A DNA stretch of 64,000 nucleotides from assembly GCF_009914755.1 (NCBI RefSeq), contig NC_060935.1. One strand, written 5' to 3'. This stretch comes from the human T2T-CHM13v2.0 reference genome, Homo sapiens. Shown piece after piece: positions 27,290 through 41,420 of this stretch (position 1 is the stretch's first letter; every line of letters starts with the position of its first letter). Made by a program: the position numbers and the translations under genes. The notes beneath the pieces were generated by a model that was given only the letters and a program-made list of their open reading frames with translations, was not told the origin of the DNA and did no database searches.

Positions 27290-27680
27290 TTTTCCTATTT
27301 TTAAAAGTGGGTTTTTTGTTGTTGTTGTTGAGATGTTACTGTTCTTTATATTTTGAAGATATAAATCTCTTACCAAATGATTTGCAGAAATATTCTCACA
27401 TTCTGTGTGTTGTCCTCATATTTCTTGATGATGTCCTTTGAAGGACAACATTTTAATGTTGATTAAATTTATCTTTTTTTGTAATTGTGCTTTTTGTGTC
27501 ACATCTAAGAAAACACTGACTAATCAAAAATCATGAAGATTAACATTTACCCTGTGTTTTCTTCAAAAATTTTTATATTTTCAAGTTTTATGTTTAGGTC
27601 TCTTATCCATTTTGAATTAATTTTTGCATATTGTTTTAAGTAGGAGTATAACTTTATTTTTTCTTAATGTAGATATCTAC

Positions 27681-29145
27681 CAAATGATTTTTTTTAACAG
27701 TTGAACTGCTTTAGCTGAACAAACTTTTCAACACATGATGCTGGCTGGAGCAATTGAACATTCATAGGCAAAAAGAAATGAATCTCATCCTAAACCTTAT
27801 ATCTCATAAAAATTAACTCAAAATGGATCATGGACTTAAATGTAAAATATGAAACTAAAAAACTGGTAGAAAAAAAAGACAGAAGAAAATATTTGGTATC
27901 TAGAGCTGGAAAGGAGTTTTTAGAAGAGAGAAAATCATATCTGATAAAGAAAGAAAATGTTAAACTGGACCTCATCAAAATTATAAACTTTTGTTCTATG
28001 GAATAACCTGCTGGGAGCATAAAAGCTATAGACTAAAATAAAATATTTACAAACCACGTATCTGACAAAGTAGTCATGTCTAGGAAGATATACAGAACAA
28101 TATATAAAAACAATTCAATTAGATAATGGGTGGAATACATGGCAGACATTTCACTGACAAGAATAGGCAGATGGCAAATAAACACTTGAAAAGGTGTTCA
28201 ACATCACTAGCCATTAGAAAAATATAAATAAAAACCACAATTAGATATCACTATAAACATATCCAAATGGAAAAATAATAAACCAAGCAAATGCTGGTGA
28301 GGATAAAGAAAAACTGGATTATGCTTTGCTGGGGGAATGTAAAATTGAATATCCACTCTGGAAAATCATTTGGCAATTTCTTATAAAACTAAACATGCAA
28401 TTTACATATAGCCCAGAAATTGCTTTGCACTTGCGCCACAGAAATAAAAATTTAGCACTTGCAAAAAATACAGGAATGTTCACAATGGCTTTATTCCTAA
28501 TAGCCCACAACCGAAAACAGTCCAGATGCCCTTCAATGTGTGAATGGTTAAACATACCATGTTACATCCATACCGTGAATTTCTACTTAACTATTTAGCC
28601 ATAAAAAGAACAGACTGTTAAAACCACAGTAACTTTAATGGATTTCAAGGGAATTCTGCTGAGTAAAAAAATAAAAATAAAAATATTTAAAGAGCTACAC
28701 ATGATCACATGCTATCTATTTATATAACATACATGAAATGAAAAATTATAAAGTAGAATAGATTACTGGGTGCCAGGGATTATGGATGGGGGAGGGAAAA
28801 GATAAGTAGTGAGTATAGCTATAAAAGTGTAGCACAGAGGATCTTTACTGAGAAGAGACTATTCTTTATCTTGACTGTGGTGATGGTTACATAAATACAC
28901 ACATGTAATAAAATTTCATAGAACTAAATACACACTTGAATGTATATAAGTCTAATAAAGTCTGAATAAGATCAGTGGATTGTAAAAATACCAATTTTCT
29001 GGTTGTGATATCATCTTGCTGTTGTTCAAGATGTTAGCGTTGGGAGAAATTAGATGAAGAGTATATGAGGTCACTCTATATTATTTCTTACAATAGTATG
29101 TGAAACTACATTTTCATACAAAAAACAGTTTAATTGAAAAAAATT
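27681..29145 (+). mobile_element. Old L1M (L1MC/MD-like), 3' part
   Basis: aaaattaactcaaaatggatcatggacttaaatgtaaaa...tcttgactgtggtgatggttac...A-rich end. Confidence 0.8.
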
Positions 29146-29519
29146 TCCCAAACTGGATTTTTTGATCCTGCCATAGATTATTCCAAAGATAACAAAAGTT
29201 TTTCTATTTCTGAGCATGATTAAAGAGAAGATAAAGAGTGCCTCTATTTCCTCTGAAGACAGAATAAACTATTTTCTTTTTGGTAAGAAGACATGCAAAA
29301 TACCACTGAAACAAGTCCCACACAGTTTAATCATCTCAGAGCAACCAGTGAAATCTTTCTAAAATGTATTTAGAGCATATTTGTCTTATGCTGAATAATC
29401 CCCACTGTTTTCCCATTGTACTTGAAATAAAATTCAATTTATTTGCTATGGCATATAAGGTCCTACATAATGTGACTCCCTTATATACTTTGATCTCATC
29501 TCAACTTCTTTTACTAATT

Positions 29520-30077
29520 TTATTAGTTATCTATTGCTGTGCAACAAGCTACTTTAAAATATTGCAACTTAAAAGAATGCACATTTTTTTATCTGCAATT
29601 TCTGCAAAGTAGAAATCTGGGCATAGCTTAGCTGGGTCTTCTGCTTTGAGGTCTCTCACAAGGCTGTAAACATGTCAGGCAATACAAAAGTGTTACCTGA
29701 AGACTCAGATGGAGAAAAATCCACTTCCGAGCTCACCGACGTGGTCGTTAAGAGGATTCAGTTTCATAAGCGCTGTTGCACTGAGAGCTTCCATTCCTTG
29801 CTGGCTGTTGGCAAGAAGCTACCCTCAGTTTCTTGCCACATAGGCCTCTCCAACACGCCCCTTGTTTCATCAAGGCTAATGAGACAAGGGAGAGAGAGAG
29901 AATCCACAAGCAAGACAAAGTCAGCATCTTTTGTGACTTAAGTAGAAAAGGGACATCCTCTCAATGTTGCTGTATTTTATTGGTTACAAGATAGTTACTC
30001 TAGGGGAAAGCATGACACTAGGTCCTGAGTAACAACAGGTGGGGTCACTGAGGGCTATATAAGAGCCACCCTATCAC
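29520..30077 (-). mobile_element. MLT1 (F/G-like) LTR
   Basis: tattagttatctattgctgt...aatctgggcatagcttagctgggtc...ctatcaca. Confidence 0.8.
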
Positions 30078-30886
30078 ACTAGTCTTCTTGCTGTTTACTG
30101 TATATCTGATCCAAGATTGTTAGAAAGCTGACTCCTTGTCATTTGGTAGGTCAGAGTTAATTGTGGAGAAGACCCAAAGTCTATAGAAGTGGAGTTGGAA
30201 ATGGAGGTATATTGGGCTGATTGGCAGCTGGTAAGCTACCTGGGTGTGTAGGTGTGTCCGCAGATTGGTAAATTGAGTTAGGCTGGCCTGAAGTGAAGAT
30301 TGCCAAATTCAACACAAGTGTGATAGTGAAAAATTAGAAAAGGAAATATTCATTAAATATCTTTTATGACTCAGCCACCATGTTTGTTGTTTTGCACACA
30401 AAATGTTTTACAAAATTATCTCGATGATATCATCCTAATCTTTTAAATAATGAAATCCAAGGCAGAGAGATTAAGTATCTCCAAAGATTACACAGTTGAA
30501 AAATAATTCAAACTCCTAGTCTTTCTAACTTTAATAACTGTTCATTTGCCACTGTCCCACAGTGGCTTCTGAGATGTCAGGGACTTCTCAGAGGAGCTGG
30601 TGGCCCAGGCTCGTGCTTTAGCTGGGCTCTCCTATTGAGCTTTCTCCAGGCTCCAGCGATGCTCCTTTGCATTCTGCTGCTCCCTTATGGCCATGACTGT
30701 AATTACAGCTAAGTTTACAGCCCTGGAAGAGGTTTCCAAGGGAGGGAGGCAGGAATCTGAAAGAACATTGGAGCATCAACCAAGAAAATAAAGAATTTGC
30801 AAATGAGGAAAAAAAGAGAGAAGAAAAAAGAGAAAAGAGGAGGAGGATGGGAGTTAGGACACAGAAGAGAAGGAGAAGAAGGAGAA

Positions 30887-31265
30887 TGGTATGGTTTGGC
30901 TTTGTGTCTCCACCCATATCTCGCCTGCAATTGTTGTCTTCATAAATCCCCACGTGTCAAGGGTGGGACCAGGTGGAGGTAATTGAATCATGGGGGTGGT
31001 TTTCCCCATGGTATTTTTGTGATAGTGAGTGAGTTCTCAGGTGATCTGATGGTTTTATAAGTGTCTGGCATTTCCCTCTTGCACTCTCACTCTGTTCTGC
31101 CACCCAGTGAGGAAGATGCCTGCTTCTCCTCTGCCTTCTGCCAAGATGGCAAGTTTCCTGAGGCCTCCCCAGCAAGATGGATCTGTGAGTCAATTACACC
31201 TATTTCCTTTATAAATTCCCAATCTCGGGTATTTCTTCATACCAGTGTGAGAACAAACTAATGCA
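30887..31265 (+). mobile_element. THE1 (C/D-like) solo LTR within a GA-rich tract
   Basis: tggtatggtttggctttgtgtc...aagtttcctgaggcctcccca...aactaatgca. Confidence 0.92.
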
Positions 31266-31529
31266 GAGGGAGAGCAAAAGCAGAAGAGGAGGGAGGGAGT
31301 TAAAAAAAAGAAAAGATTGTGGTTGGACTGCTCCAGGAATCAGACAAGTTTATTAGAAAAAAACTTTCTTCTCCGGCCTTATAGAATACATGAAAGCTTG
31401 ATAGAAAAGCCGAGTATCTGCTAAATAGTGAGAGGACGGCCATGCCTCTTATAATAAAAGTATACTCAATAAAGCTTAATTATAAAATAATACCTGTAAA
31501 TATAAAAAGTAAAATGAATTTTCATTTTA

Positions 31530-31720
31530 TTTCAGATGCATTATTACATTTTATTAAAAGAAACCTGTGAAATAGGATTCTCATTATCCCTATTTACAGA
31601 AGGAGAAATTGAGGTTTGGGGAAATTTAGACTTGCCTTTTGGGTCACTCAGCTAAAACGTAGTGGACCCCAATAGTACTTCATATCTTTTCATGCCAAAC
31701 TCTGTCTTTTGCTTTTATAT
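31530..31720 (-). mobile_element. MIR
   Basis: attatccctatttacagaaggagaaattgagg...gggtcactcagcta. Confidence 0.65.
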
Positions 31721-32769
31721 CATATGTCTCTGTTGTACCTATCTTTCAGTTTTAAAGATTCTCTTAACCTACTGGTTCTCCCTCCAGGAGGTCTTCCGGG
31801 TTTCCTAGATCCTTTTTGGCTTCAGTTTGTAGTTGCATTATCTTAGTCTTTAAATTACAGGAATTGCTCAGGTACGGTACATTTTCACATCCAGACCACT
31901 AGTTCCATGCTTTTCCCACTCACAGATGATGCATACTTAGAACATTTGAGGTCATATTGCACAGACCTTTTAAAGAGAAGTATCAGTGAGTTTTTAAAAA
32001 TCTATGTCTTTATCTCCTGCAGGTGGTTGTGGGGGGAGGGCACGTAATTGAGAGTTAATTGATTGCGTGTTTTCCCCACTAGAGTTTCATTACCATCCTA
32101 CACTTCTATTATATGGGTCTTGAGGATCAAGACTTCCAAGGCCATCGATGATTCAACAAATTAATACAGACCAGAGCTAGTAATCACAGCTTGGAGATGA
32201 GGGAATGAGAGCACACTGATAGAAGTAAAGGGCAGTTTGGAAGGGAGGACCAGGGCTGCTTCCTCATTGTTTTTCCTGTCTGTCTGCAGTTCATTGTGTT
32301 CTTGAAAATGTTACTTTTCCAGTACCTAATGAATGATACATCAAGGCCTGCCATGAAACTGTAGGGAGAGACTTTATGGTATGACTCATGAGCCATGCTG
32401 AATTACAGATCTTTTCTCATTAGTCTGATTAAAAACCTAAGCTCATTATGGCTCAGGAAGTGATTTAGTTTCAATGCCTTTTGGTTATGTTCCTTTTTTA
32501 TTTTCCAGGAGTGCATATTTTGGCTAAGAATTCATTTTCTATTTTAAATGGTTCTAAATTTCAATTCTTAAAATGTGTGTTCATTATCATATCATTCAGA
32601 CCTGTAAATGTTCTTTTTATATTTTAAGAACTATTATTTATAAGCAAAGTGATTTTAATTTTATCTCATGTAATATTTTCCTTCACAAATGAGAATCTTC
32701 AAGAAAGACTTTTGGCATGTTATTTTTTTGACTTTCTGAATAAAATACTTTTCCATAATACTGGAGAGA

Positions 32770-32985
32770 GAATGTTGGCTTTGGAGTTAGATCTAAGATG
32801 GATGCATACGTCAGTCATTTCCTATAGTCTCATATTGGACAATTCATTTAAACCTATTAAGTCTCAACTTCTTCATCTTTTAATGAAATTGGAATAATAC
32901 TAGTGGCTTAATAGCATTGATATGAATATTAAATACGTTAATATATGTAAAGCATGTAAAACAATAGTGGCCCAACAAATGTGAG
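32770..32985 (+). mobile_element. MIR
   Basis: ggctttggagttaga...gtctcaacttcttcatct...tatatgtaaagca. Confidence 0.6.
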
Positions 32986-33365
32986 CCTCCCTTCCTCCCT
33001 TTACTAATATGTCAGTGTAGGGATTTTATATTTTAGTGCTAACAAAAAAATTCTTCAATCAGAGAGGATGATTAATTTTTAAATATGCATCGCTGATAGG
33101 ATTTAAGTGTGTGTTCACATGTCTCTGGGGTCACATGTGCCTCTCTAAGTGTTAACTAGGAGTTAATAGCTTAAAACTCTTGGGATTATTTTTCAGAAAT
33201 TCTGTTACAAAGCAGGCAAATGAATCACGGTCTATATGTTAACTGTTAACAGTTCCATATTAGGTGTACCCAACTGATCAGCTGAAGGGACATCAAGACC
33301 TTGTCTGGCATGTAAACATGCCCCTTGCCAATTGTGACTGAGTAGTTGTCCCTCAAACAATAATA

Positions 33366-33578
33366 CATGGTTCTCACTGGAGGGTGGCCAATTTTTGCCC
33401 TCCAGGGGGCATTTGATAATGTCTGCAGACATTTTTTATTGTAAAAAATGCAAAGGTAGTACCGGCATCATATACAAGAATACTTACTGCTAAATGCCTT
33501 ATAATGCATAGGATAGCCCCTCCTAACAAATAATTGTGTGGCCCAAAATTTCCATTGCACTGCTATTGAGCAACTCTG
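33366..33578 (+). mobile_element. MER20 (hAT-Charlie)
   Basis: tggttctca...tttgccctccagggggcatttgataatgtctgcagacatttt...ggcccaaaat...ttgagcaactctg. Confidence 0.88.
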
Positions 33579-34069
33579 GCCTGATGAAATCACCATTTTC
33601 CTCAAGAATATTCCTTTTTGTATCCTGTTTTTGATGTCATGTAGAAACAGCCAGAGGCTTACAAAATCTAAGGGGTTGTCATGGCTATTGAGTAGAGATG
33701 TGACCAGCTGTGCTTTCTTTCGATTCAGGACTGATCAAGTGAAAATAGGTCTGAGGTACAAGAAACCTAGTTTGAAATGAGGAAGAGCTTCCTCTGAGTA
33801 AAGAAATGCAGTGCCAATAACCTTTGTATTGGAATTTTCATGTAGACTATGTGAATTGCTTCCCTTGTAATATTTCACATTGGAGGTCATTATATCTTCC
33901 AATATCCCAAGTTGGTCACAATCAGATAAATTAGTTAAATGGCAAAGGAGCCTAGTGCGGATTCTGTAAACTTTTATTACCTGATACTTCTTGTGAACCC
34001 TACCATCTTAACTCTTGGGCTTCCCCAAGTGGTACTTCATCATCATCACAAAATTCTAGATTAAATGCA

Positions 34070-34325
34070 TTTTTTTCTTTTCTTTCTTTCTTTCTTTTTT
34101 TTTTTTTTTTTTTTTTTGAAAGAGGGTCTCTCTCTGTCACCCAGGCTGGAGTGCAGTGGTGCAATCACAGTCTGCAGCCTCCATCCCCTGCGCTCATCTC
34201 AAGCTATCCTCCTACCTCAACTTCCCCCAGCTTCCTGTCTGGCTGAGTAGCTGGGACTGCTGGGACTATATAGCTCAAGCAATCCTCCCAAAGTGCTGGT
34301 ATTACATGCATGAACCGGGCCAAGC
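34070..34325 (-). mobile_element. Rearranged AluJ with internal deletion
   Basis: (TTTC)n/poly(T), agggtctctctctgtcacccaggctggagtgcagtgg; jumps from right arm to left-arm gctcaagcaatcctcccaaagtgctgg. Confidence 0.8.
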
Positions 34326-35099
34326 TTTTTTTTTTTTTTTTCCTTGAAGTAATGCTTGATTGTTTTTCTCCCAGCATATGTTTTTAACATCTATATTATT
34401 GCCAAACTTTCTGTTTCCATGGAAGTCTACAGAAGGCTCCTAAACAAAAGAATAAAAGGATATATGTATGGTTGGTGCATAGAAAATATTTCTGAAACTT
34501 TCTGTTATTGTTTTGATTGTTATAAAATTCATAATGAGAGGCAGCAGAAGTAGAATGGGGTACAGTTGGATAAATATTCGTAGAAACTTGGGCCTAAAGT
34601 CATTGAGGTGGAAAGTTTTTTTTTAATAGTTATGGTTGATTATTCCTCTTCATCTTCACAATTTTAGATCACCCTTAACTAAGAGCTTATTTTATGATTA
34701 AAAACCTATAATTCCATGGCCTAATACACTCTAATCTTAAGTATTGGTTTTTAAAGACATTGTTTTCCAAACAATGTTTACAAATCATTGTTATCAATGA
34801 TTTTTGTTAATTAACTACCTCAGAGACTCTAAACACTTATGCCTTAAAAAATCCACCTATAAATCAAAAGGGCATTGCTATTACCTTCTCATATTCAATT
34901 ATTATGCTTCTTTTATTTGAGTTATCTCACTAATCAGAGTATTAAGTTTAGGGAAACATGGAGGCTAATTTCACAGGTTAATGAAAGTTTTCACTGTATG
35001 GAAGTATTAAACTTCAATTTGAGGATACTCCTTAACTGTTAGTGGATGTTTAAATTGTAAAATCTTTATGAAATAAATTGGAAAAAAATTATCTCAACA

Positions 35100-35560
35100 T
35101 TTAAGACAGGCATTTATTTGATTCAGCTATGCCATTAGTAGAAATCTACATAAATACTGAAAAAGTACACATAAATGGTTCTGCAAGAGGTATTGTTTGC
35201 CATTGAAATTAAGCTAAATGTAAATCAATTAAGCAGTAAAACAAATTGTAACATCTGTACAATGGCAGTCTAAGTAGGCATCAAAAGGACAAGATGATTT
35301 ATATGTATTGGCATTGAAATTTCTTCACATCATATTAAATAGAAAAAGACTGCCCAAATAATATGGTTTCACTCATGTAAAAACTACACACATACACACC
35401 ACAGAGAAAGACTGGAAGAATAGTCCTTTAAATGGAAATAATCACTTCTTAGGAGAGAAGCAGGGATTTTGTCAGATTTTTATTCTTTACATTATATATT
35501 TCTATATTGGTGGAAGTTTTTGCAATGAATATGAAGTCATTTTATAATAAGACAAATAAT
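35100..35560 (+). mobile_element. L1ME-like 3' fragment
   Basis: gaaagactggaagaa...tttttgcaatgaatatg..ttttataat. Confidence 0.45.
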
Positions 35561-36689
35561 TACAATAGTTCAATTTTGAAAAAGTAAATTTAAAAATCAT
35601 GTTGAGACAGAAAATTACCATGGCTTATATTCATTTGCTCAACAAATGTTTGGGAGCACCTGCTATGCATCGGTCACTGTGCTAGCCATCAGTGAAATGC
35701 TACTTTTCAAATAGAACTCCTGTGTAGTTTGAAGTATAGTGGGAGAGATGCATATTGAAGTACTTACCACTCATGCATACAGTGGTCATTTTTCTTAACA
35801 TATTGAAAGTACATGAGTGGTAAACTACACTAGATCACCTCCAAGAAACTATTCTTAAAAAGTATCCAAAAACAAATGGAGTCTGAGATCCATGGAAGCA
35901 ACGCACTTAATGACACATTAAAAATGTGCAACTATTTGGGTACAATCATAATGACAAGAACGCAACTTCAAAAATATACAATTAGAATTTGAATATATTT
36001 CTGAAACCTACAACTTTTCAAAAGAATTAAGTGACCTGTTTAAAGCCCAGAATGAAGAGGAGGCTAAAAGCAAGATTTTTGTCAGTGCGTTTCCTTTGTT
36101 CTGGGAGAAGCCTTGTGCCCTGATCATTTGCATTCTATCTACTTGGAAGGTATATTCCAAAAGATGGACACATTGATTCAACTCCTTTTGCTAATACTAA
36201 TATTCCATGAATATTAAGCAATTTTCAGATTATAATTTAGTTTATTTTATTACAGTATGCTATAGGACAAGAACATGCTGCTCAGCTAACCTGGGCCATC
36301 CTCATAAGATTTACGATTGCATTTAACATAACATTATTAAATGGGCATAGTTATCTCTTCAGAATGAATCCCTCTGAATCAAAGGATTGATCACTTTTGA
36401 ACAGACATGACAAAATTGAGGACCAAGCTGGAGCTTGGGGAACTCAGATATTTTCCCTGTAAACCCTTCCTGAATGACAAGATATTACCCCTTAGCCTCC
36501 CAATCTGCCTTGAAATTCATGCTACTAGCAGCTACAAGTTAATAAGCCAATCATCACAGAAGCAAACTATCATGATCCATGTAGTCTGTGTTTACAATCC
36601 CTGAAAGCCCAGTCAATTGTTTTGACTGAAAGTTATGGTTGGAATTCTTCTAGTAGCCAGTTGTTACCAAATAAACAAGTAATTCAACA

Positions 36690-36930
36690 CAGTCACTAAG
36701 AGCACAGTATGTAGAGGTAGATTCCCTTAACGTTTGAATCTAGTTCTGCCTCTTGCTAGCTGTGAGATAGTGGGCAAAACAATTATTGGAGTTTAGGCTT
36801 TACAACTATAAAGGAAAATTTTGACTTTAAATAAACACCAATAGCAATTACATGAAATAATATATCTGAAGTTCATAACAATAGTGTCTGATGGAGTATG
36901 TCTTCCATAAACAATAACTATTATTATTTT
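36690..36930 (+). mobile_element. MIR
   Basis: tttgaatctagttctgcctcttgctagctgtga...tgggcaa. Confidence 0.6.
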
Positions 36931-38599
36931 TATTTATTTTATCCTTCAAAGCTCTAAAGTCTTACCTCTAAGAATCTCTAGATAGATTCTATTTCCCATG
37001 CTTACAAAAAATCCTCTGCACATGATGCTTTTGTTTGTCTACGTTGCCAATATTTTACTTCTCTGTTTCATGTGTTCTCTGATCAGCCATATTTTCCATG
37101 GTGTAAAATAGAGACATCCTCCCTAAACTTGTACAATTGTCACATGTTTTAAATTCTAAATCTTGGCAAATATGCCTGGGACAAAAATGGGTGTTTGATA
37201 TTGATGATGGTAAAAGGAATTTAATGAGTATGTCTTACAATTATATTCCAATAAACAATTTAAAAAAGGCCAGGGTCTATCACCAAAATGAAGAGAAAGT
37301 AAAATCCCTATCAAATGCCAGGATGTTTTCTCCTTGATTTGCCACATATCATCCATGCTTGTCTTGAGCTGCATGCCAGCTATATTGCAGACGATACTTA
37401 TGCTCATGAAGATGAACAGGTGCAATGGCTTATCCCACAGGGAGGGCAAAGATTAATGAAGTGTGTGTGTAAATTCTAGGAATACAAGAGGCAACAGTCA
37501 GCCTTTTAATAATACCTTAATTAACACTGATATAATGCATTAACTAACCCTCAGCAGCACATTTTAACTCATTTGCTAATCTTATTCCTTACAGCAGCTG
37601 TTCAACTATATCCAAAAGCATCATTTTTTTATTGGATGTTTAAAATCCCAGAGCCATATAAAGGAGCCTATAATCTTACCATGCTTTTTGGCTGAGAGTT
37701 GGTTGTCAGTGAAGACAAAAAGAACACAAAACATTGAAAGTATAAATTTTGAGTTATTGCCTACATCTTATGTCATATGGGTTTTTCTGGTATTGCAGCA
37801 AATCAAATTTTGTATGGAATTTCCCTAATAATCCCTGACATTTTACATGTTCTCTCTTGGTTTATGCTATTTGCTAGCCTAGAGCAACTTTCACCACTTT
37901 TTTTTTCATTGTTCAAAAGCTAGGTCAGATTTCACTGTTTCTCTCCATATTTATATATTCTTGTCAGATCACCTTCATTTGTGCTTCTCTTACCAATTTA
38001 TTCTCTTCTTGCATTTTGGCCACACTTTTATCTGAAAGATAAAAGATTTCAAATAAACAAATTAAAGACTGGAAATCCATAAAAGGTTGATCTGTTTAAA
38101 TGTATCTGACAAACCATTCAATTTTTGAGTATTGGTGGTTAAGAATGTGTATTTATCCTTGTATCTCTAGAGTCTGGCACAGTGGTTGGTTTCTGTCAGC
38201 CCTCCAATCATACTTGTGACATGAATAAGTTAATTATGAGTTATTAAAACATTTGATTTGAATCAGTATTCCTTTATATCCTTTAGTTTCAACAATCCAC
38301 AAGATTAATGAAAATCATATTTTTAAGAAATATTGCCTATTGTATTACCTAAGATAGAAAAAACGAATTTAGTACTAAAACTATAGCCTCATATGCATAG
38401 ACAGGGAATAAGAGTTCCTCCCATTCTGTTTACCATAACAAATCATTTTGACTGCCCAATGGCTATTATTTCTGCTGAGTGTCATAACTAGGCAACAATT
38501 AAAAAGGAATGCCAGATGCTAGAAAACAGGCAAGTTGCTCTCTCAGCAAATTTTCCAATTCTCTTTAAAAATAGTTCTCTTTTTCTACATCAGCCACTC

Positions 38600-38850
38600 T
38601 ATTACTTCTTTACAAGTTTAACTGTTTTCCATTTTTCAAACTCAGCTTCACTGAAGCTTTGAGATAGACCGTCTATTACACCGTGTACCTACACCCATCC
38701 AAGTATACTATGCGTTAATTTGTTTTATTTAGGAGTATGTTTTTCGCTAATCTATCAACTTTTAGATCACTGCGGCCAATTATTTTAATCTCTGTATCCC
38801 TTCAGAGTGTTTGGAACATAGTAGGTACTCAAATATTTGATGAATAAAAA
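38600..38850 (+). mobile_element. L2 3' end
   Basis: tctctgtatccc...tggaacatagtaggtactcaaatatttgatgaat. Confidence 0.6.
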
Positions 38851-40019
38851 TTGTTATTTAATCTAAAGAGTGGCTTTGTGTTACGGCTGTGTTTAGTTTC
38901 CATGATGATTGTATTTTGGTAGAAACATTTTCTTGTCAGTGATAAATGTATTTTAAAACATAACTGAATATATGATAAAAGTTTCCAAAGCTTGGCTTGT
39001 GTCCTGGTGCTCCATCTTTCCTATGTCATTCTTGAATTGAACTCATGACAAGTTTAGTGCTTCGAGCACTATATCACTCTGTAGCTTACTTGATTTTCTG
39101 GAATAACCCAATGCAGTGTTCATGTCTTTAAAGAATGGGTCACCCAAAACAACAGGCACTATTGGGAAATAAACCTAATAGAGACTTTTATCTAACATCA
39201 GTTCTGGAAACCCTTTCACCATGAGGTGATATTTTGTAGTGCAGCATTGCTACATCAGGTATGTGGAGATTTAAAAAGATAACTCCTTAGACTTTCCAGA
39301 GCTCTTTCTTTGGTTTCCAAGAAATATGAACAGTTATGGGATTTGATAAATCACAAGCTCTGTGTGATGTTTGTTATTATTTATGGTGGTTGGATTTGAA
39401 AATTTACCATATAAGTTTGATTCACTTCCACATCCATTGGAGTTGCTTCCACCAGTGAATAGTGCTCTGAATGTTTACAGTTACAGTAAGTTTGCAAAGT
39501 TGAGTTAATGATTATTTGAACTATTTACTGCCTTGACTCTCTTACTAGAGTCAGAGTTCCTTGATATAGACTTTGTCTCACTCATCTTTGTATTTCCATT
39601 TCCTTAGTGCATAGTACCAGACAAGCATTAAGTATTTAATAAGTGCTTGTCATTGGAAACAGTTGTTGAGTTCCCAAACACTTCTATATTTTTTCTACTA
39701 TCACACAGACATGTGCGCACACATTCAAAATATTCTGGGCCTACAGGAAATTCTTGAAGGCTAAATTACTTAAATTACTGTGAATTGAATCTCTTTTCCT
39801 ATTACTAATTGCTAACATTACCTGCACATTCTATATTACATTTTCTGTTTTCTGAATTGTGACTATTGAAGACACATTTGTCCCTTGGAAGATTCCATGC
39901 AGCTCATAATTTAAAAATTATTTTGATATTCCAATGGCACAAAACATATAAGTAACAATTCCTTCTGCAAAACTCGACGTTGTGAGTTGCACAATGGGGA
40001 AACACATGGTTGCTAACAT

Positions 40020-40330
40020 CAGACTGACAAGACTGCCAGGATTTGCTGACAAATGGGATGAGATATGAAAAAAAATGACTTCAAGTTTTTTTGTTTTGTT
40101 TTTGGAATGGAAGTGTCATTTATGAAGATGGAGTGACCATGGGAGGGTCAGTATCTTACAGGAAGCCAATTATTTGTATAAATTAGGTTTGAGATGCCTC
40201 ACAGATATCCAAGTTAAAGATGTTGAGTAGGCAGTTGGATATGTCTCTAAAATTCAGAAGAGAGAGGTTTTCCACTAAAAATAAAAATAAGGAGTGAAAA
40301 TAGTATTCCAAACTAGAAGATTGAATTAAA
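40020..40330 (-). mobile_element. L2 fragment
   Basis: gtttgagatgcctc...atccaag...atgttgagtaggcagttggatat. Confidence 0.65.
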
Positions 40331-41113
40331 CACACCATAAACGTTGGAAGTTATTATTACTGTAGTTATAATTATCATTGTCATCATCATCACCATCCTC
40401 ATCAGCAGCATTATTGTCATTATGTTAGCCCCATTTTCCTTTGTAAGGGCATCAGGATTAAGGTTCTCTTTGGAGATATGGTCTAGTATAGAGATTGCGA
40501 TGTTGCAAATAGTTTTTCTCTATTTAGATAATTAAGAAAAAGCAGACATGAAGGTGGACTGGGAATACAGAGTGCTGTGATTTTATATAATATTGCTGAA
40601 GCAGGAAAGATTTTGGGGTTGATTAAAATATTGTCAGGCCCAAAGGTCTTTTGAACCCATTTACAAACCTGATCAAGAATAATGAGAATAGATTAAAGCT
40701 GAGCAATAAAATAAACACATGCATGTCCCAAGGAGAGACAGGTTGAGTAATTAAGGGCAGGTCTGCACTTTTATTTCATTAGCATAATATTTGCATTACA
40801 TATTAGAACTCTATTAATCTGACAATTAGTTTTTTGGCTCACAATTCCCTTTCTTAGGCACTGATACTGAAAATGATTCAGAAACCACATGTAATAAAAT
40901 TCCTTCAGCAAAATTCAGCCAACCGAGGCACCATTCAAAATCAATCCATCCACCTGGTCATTTTCTTCTAAATATAGGTCGAATTATAAACAATTGGTAG
41001 CCTACACGGTGAAACTCTGTGTATGGAATAGAAATTAAAATGCCCAATTCTGAAGTGGGATTTATCTAGTCTTTACAACAACATGCCTCCTATTTCATTT
41101 TTTAAATTTAATG

Positions 41114-41420
41114 TTTTATTTATTTATTTACTTATTTGAGACAGGGTCTTGCTCTGTTGCCCAGGCTGGAGTGTGGGGCACTATCATGGCTGACTATAGC
41201 TTTGACCTTCTGGGCTTAAGCTATCCTCCTACCTCAGCCTCCTGAGTAGCGGAGACTACTGGTGTGCACCATCATGTACAGCTAATTTTTTATTTTTATT
41301 TTTTTTGTAGAAATGGGGTTTCACCATGTTGCCCATGCTCGAACTCCTGGGCTCAAGCAATCCACCTGCCTCAACCTCCCAAAGTGCTGAGATTACAGGC
41401 ATGTGCCACTGTACCTGACC
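41114..41420 (-). mobile_element. AluJ
   Basis: gagacagggtcttgctctgttgcccagg...gaactcctgggctcaagcaatcc (J-type diagnostics), (TTTA)n tail. Confidence 0.92.

Noticed and set aside
26835-27356. 173-aa endonuclease-like ORF as a functional gene
   Set aside because: Truncated L1 endonuclease lacking C-terminal catalytic residues and the L1 promoter; the last ~20 aa are flank read-through.
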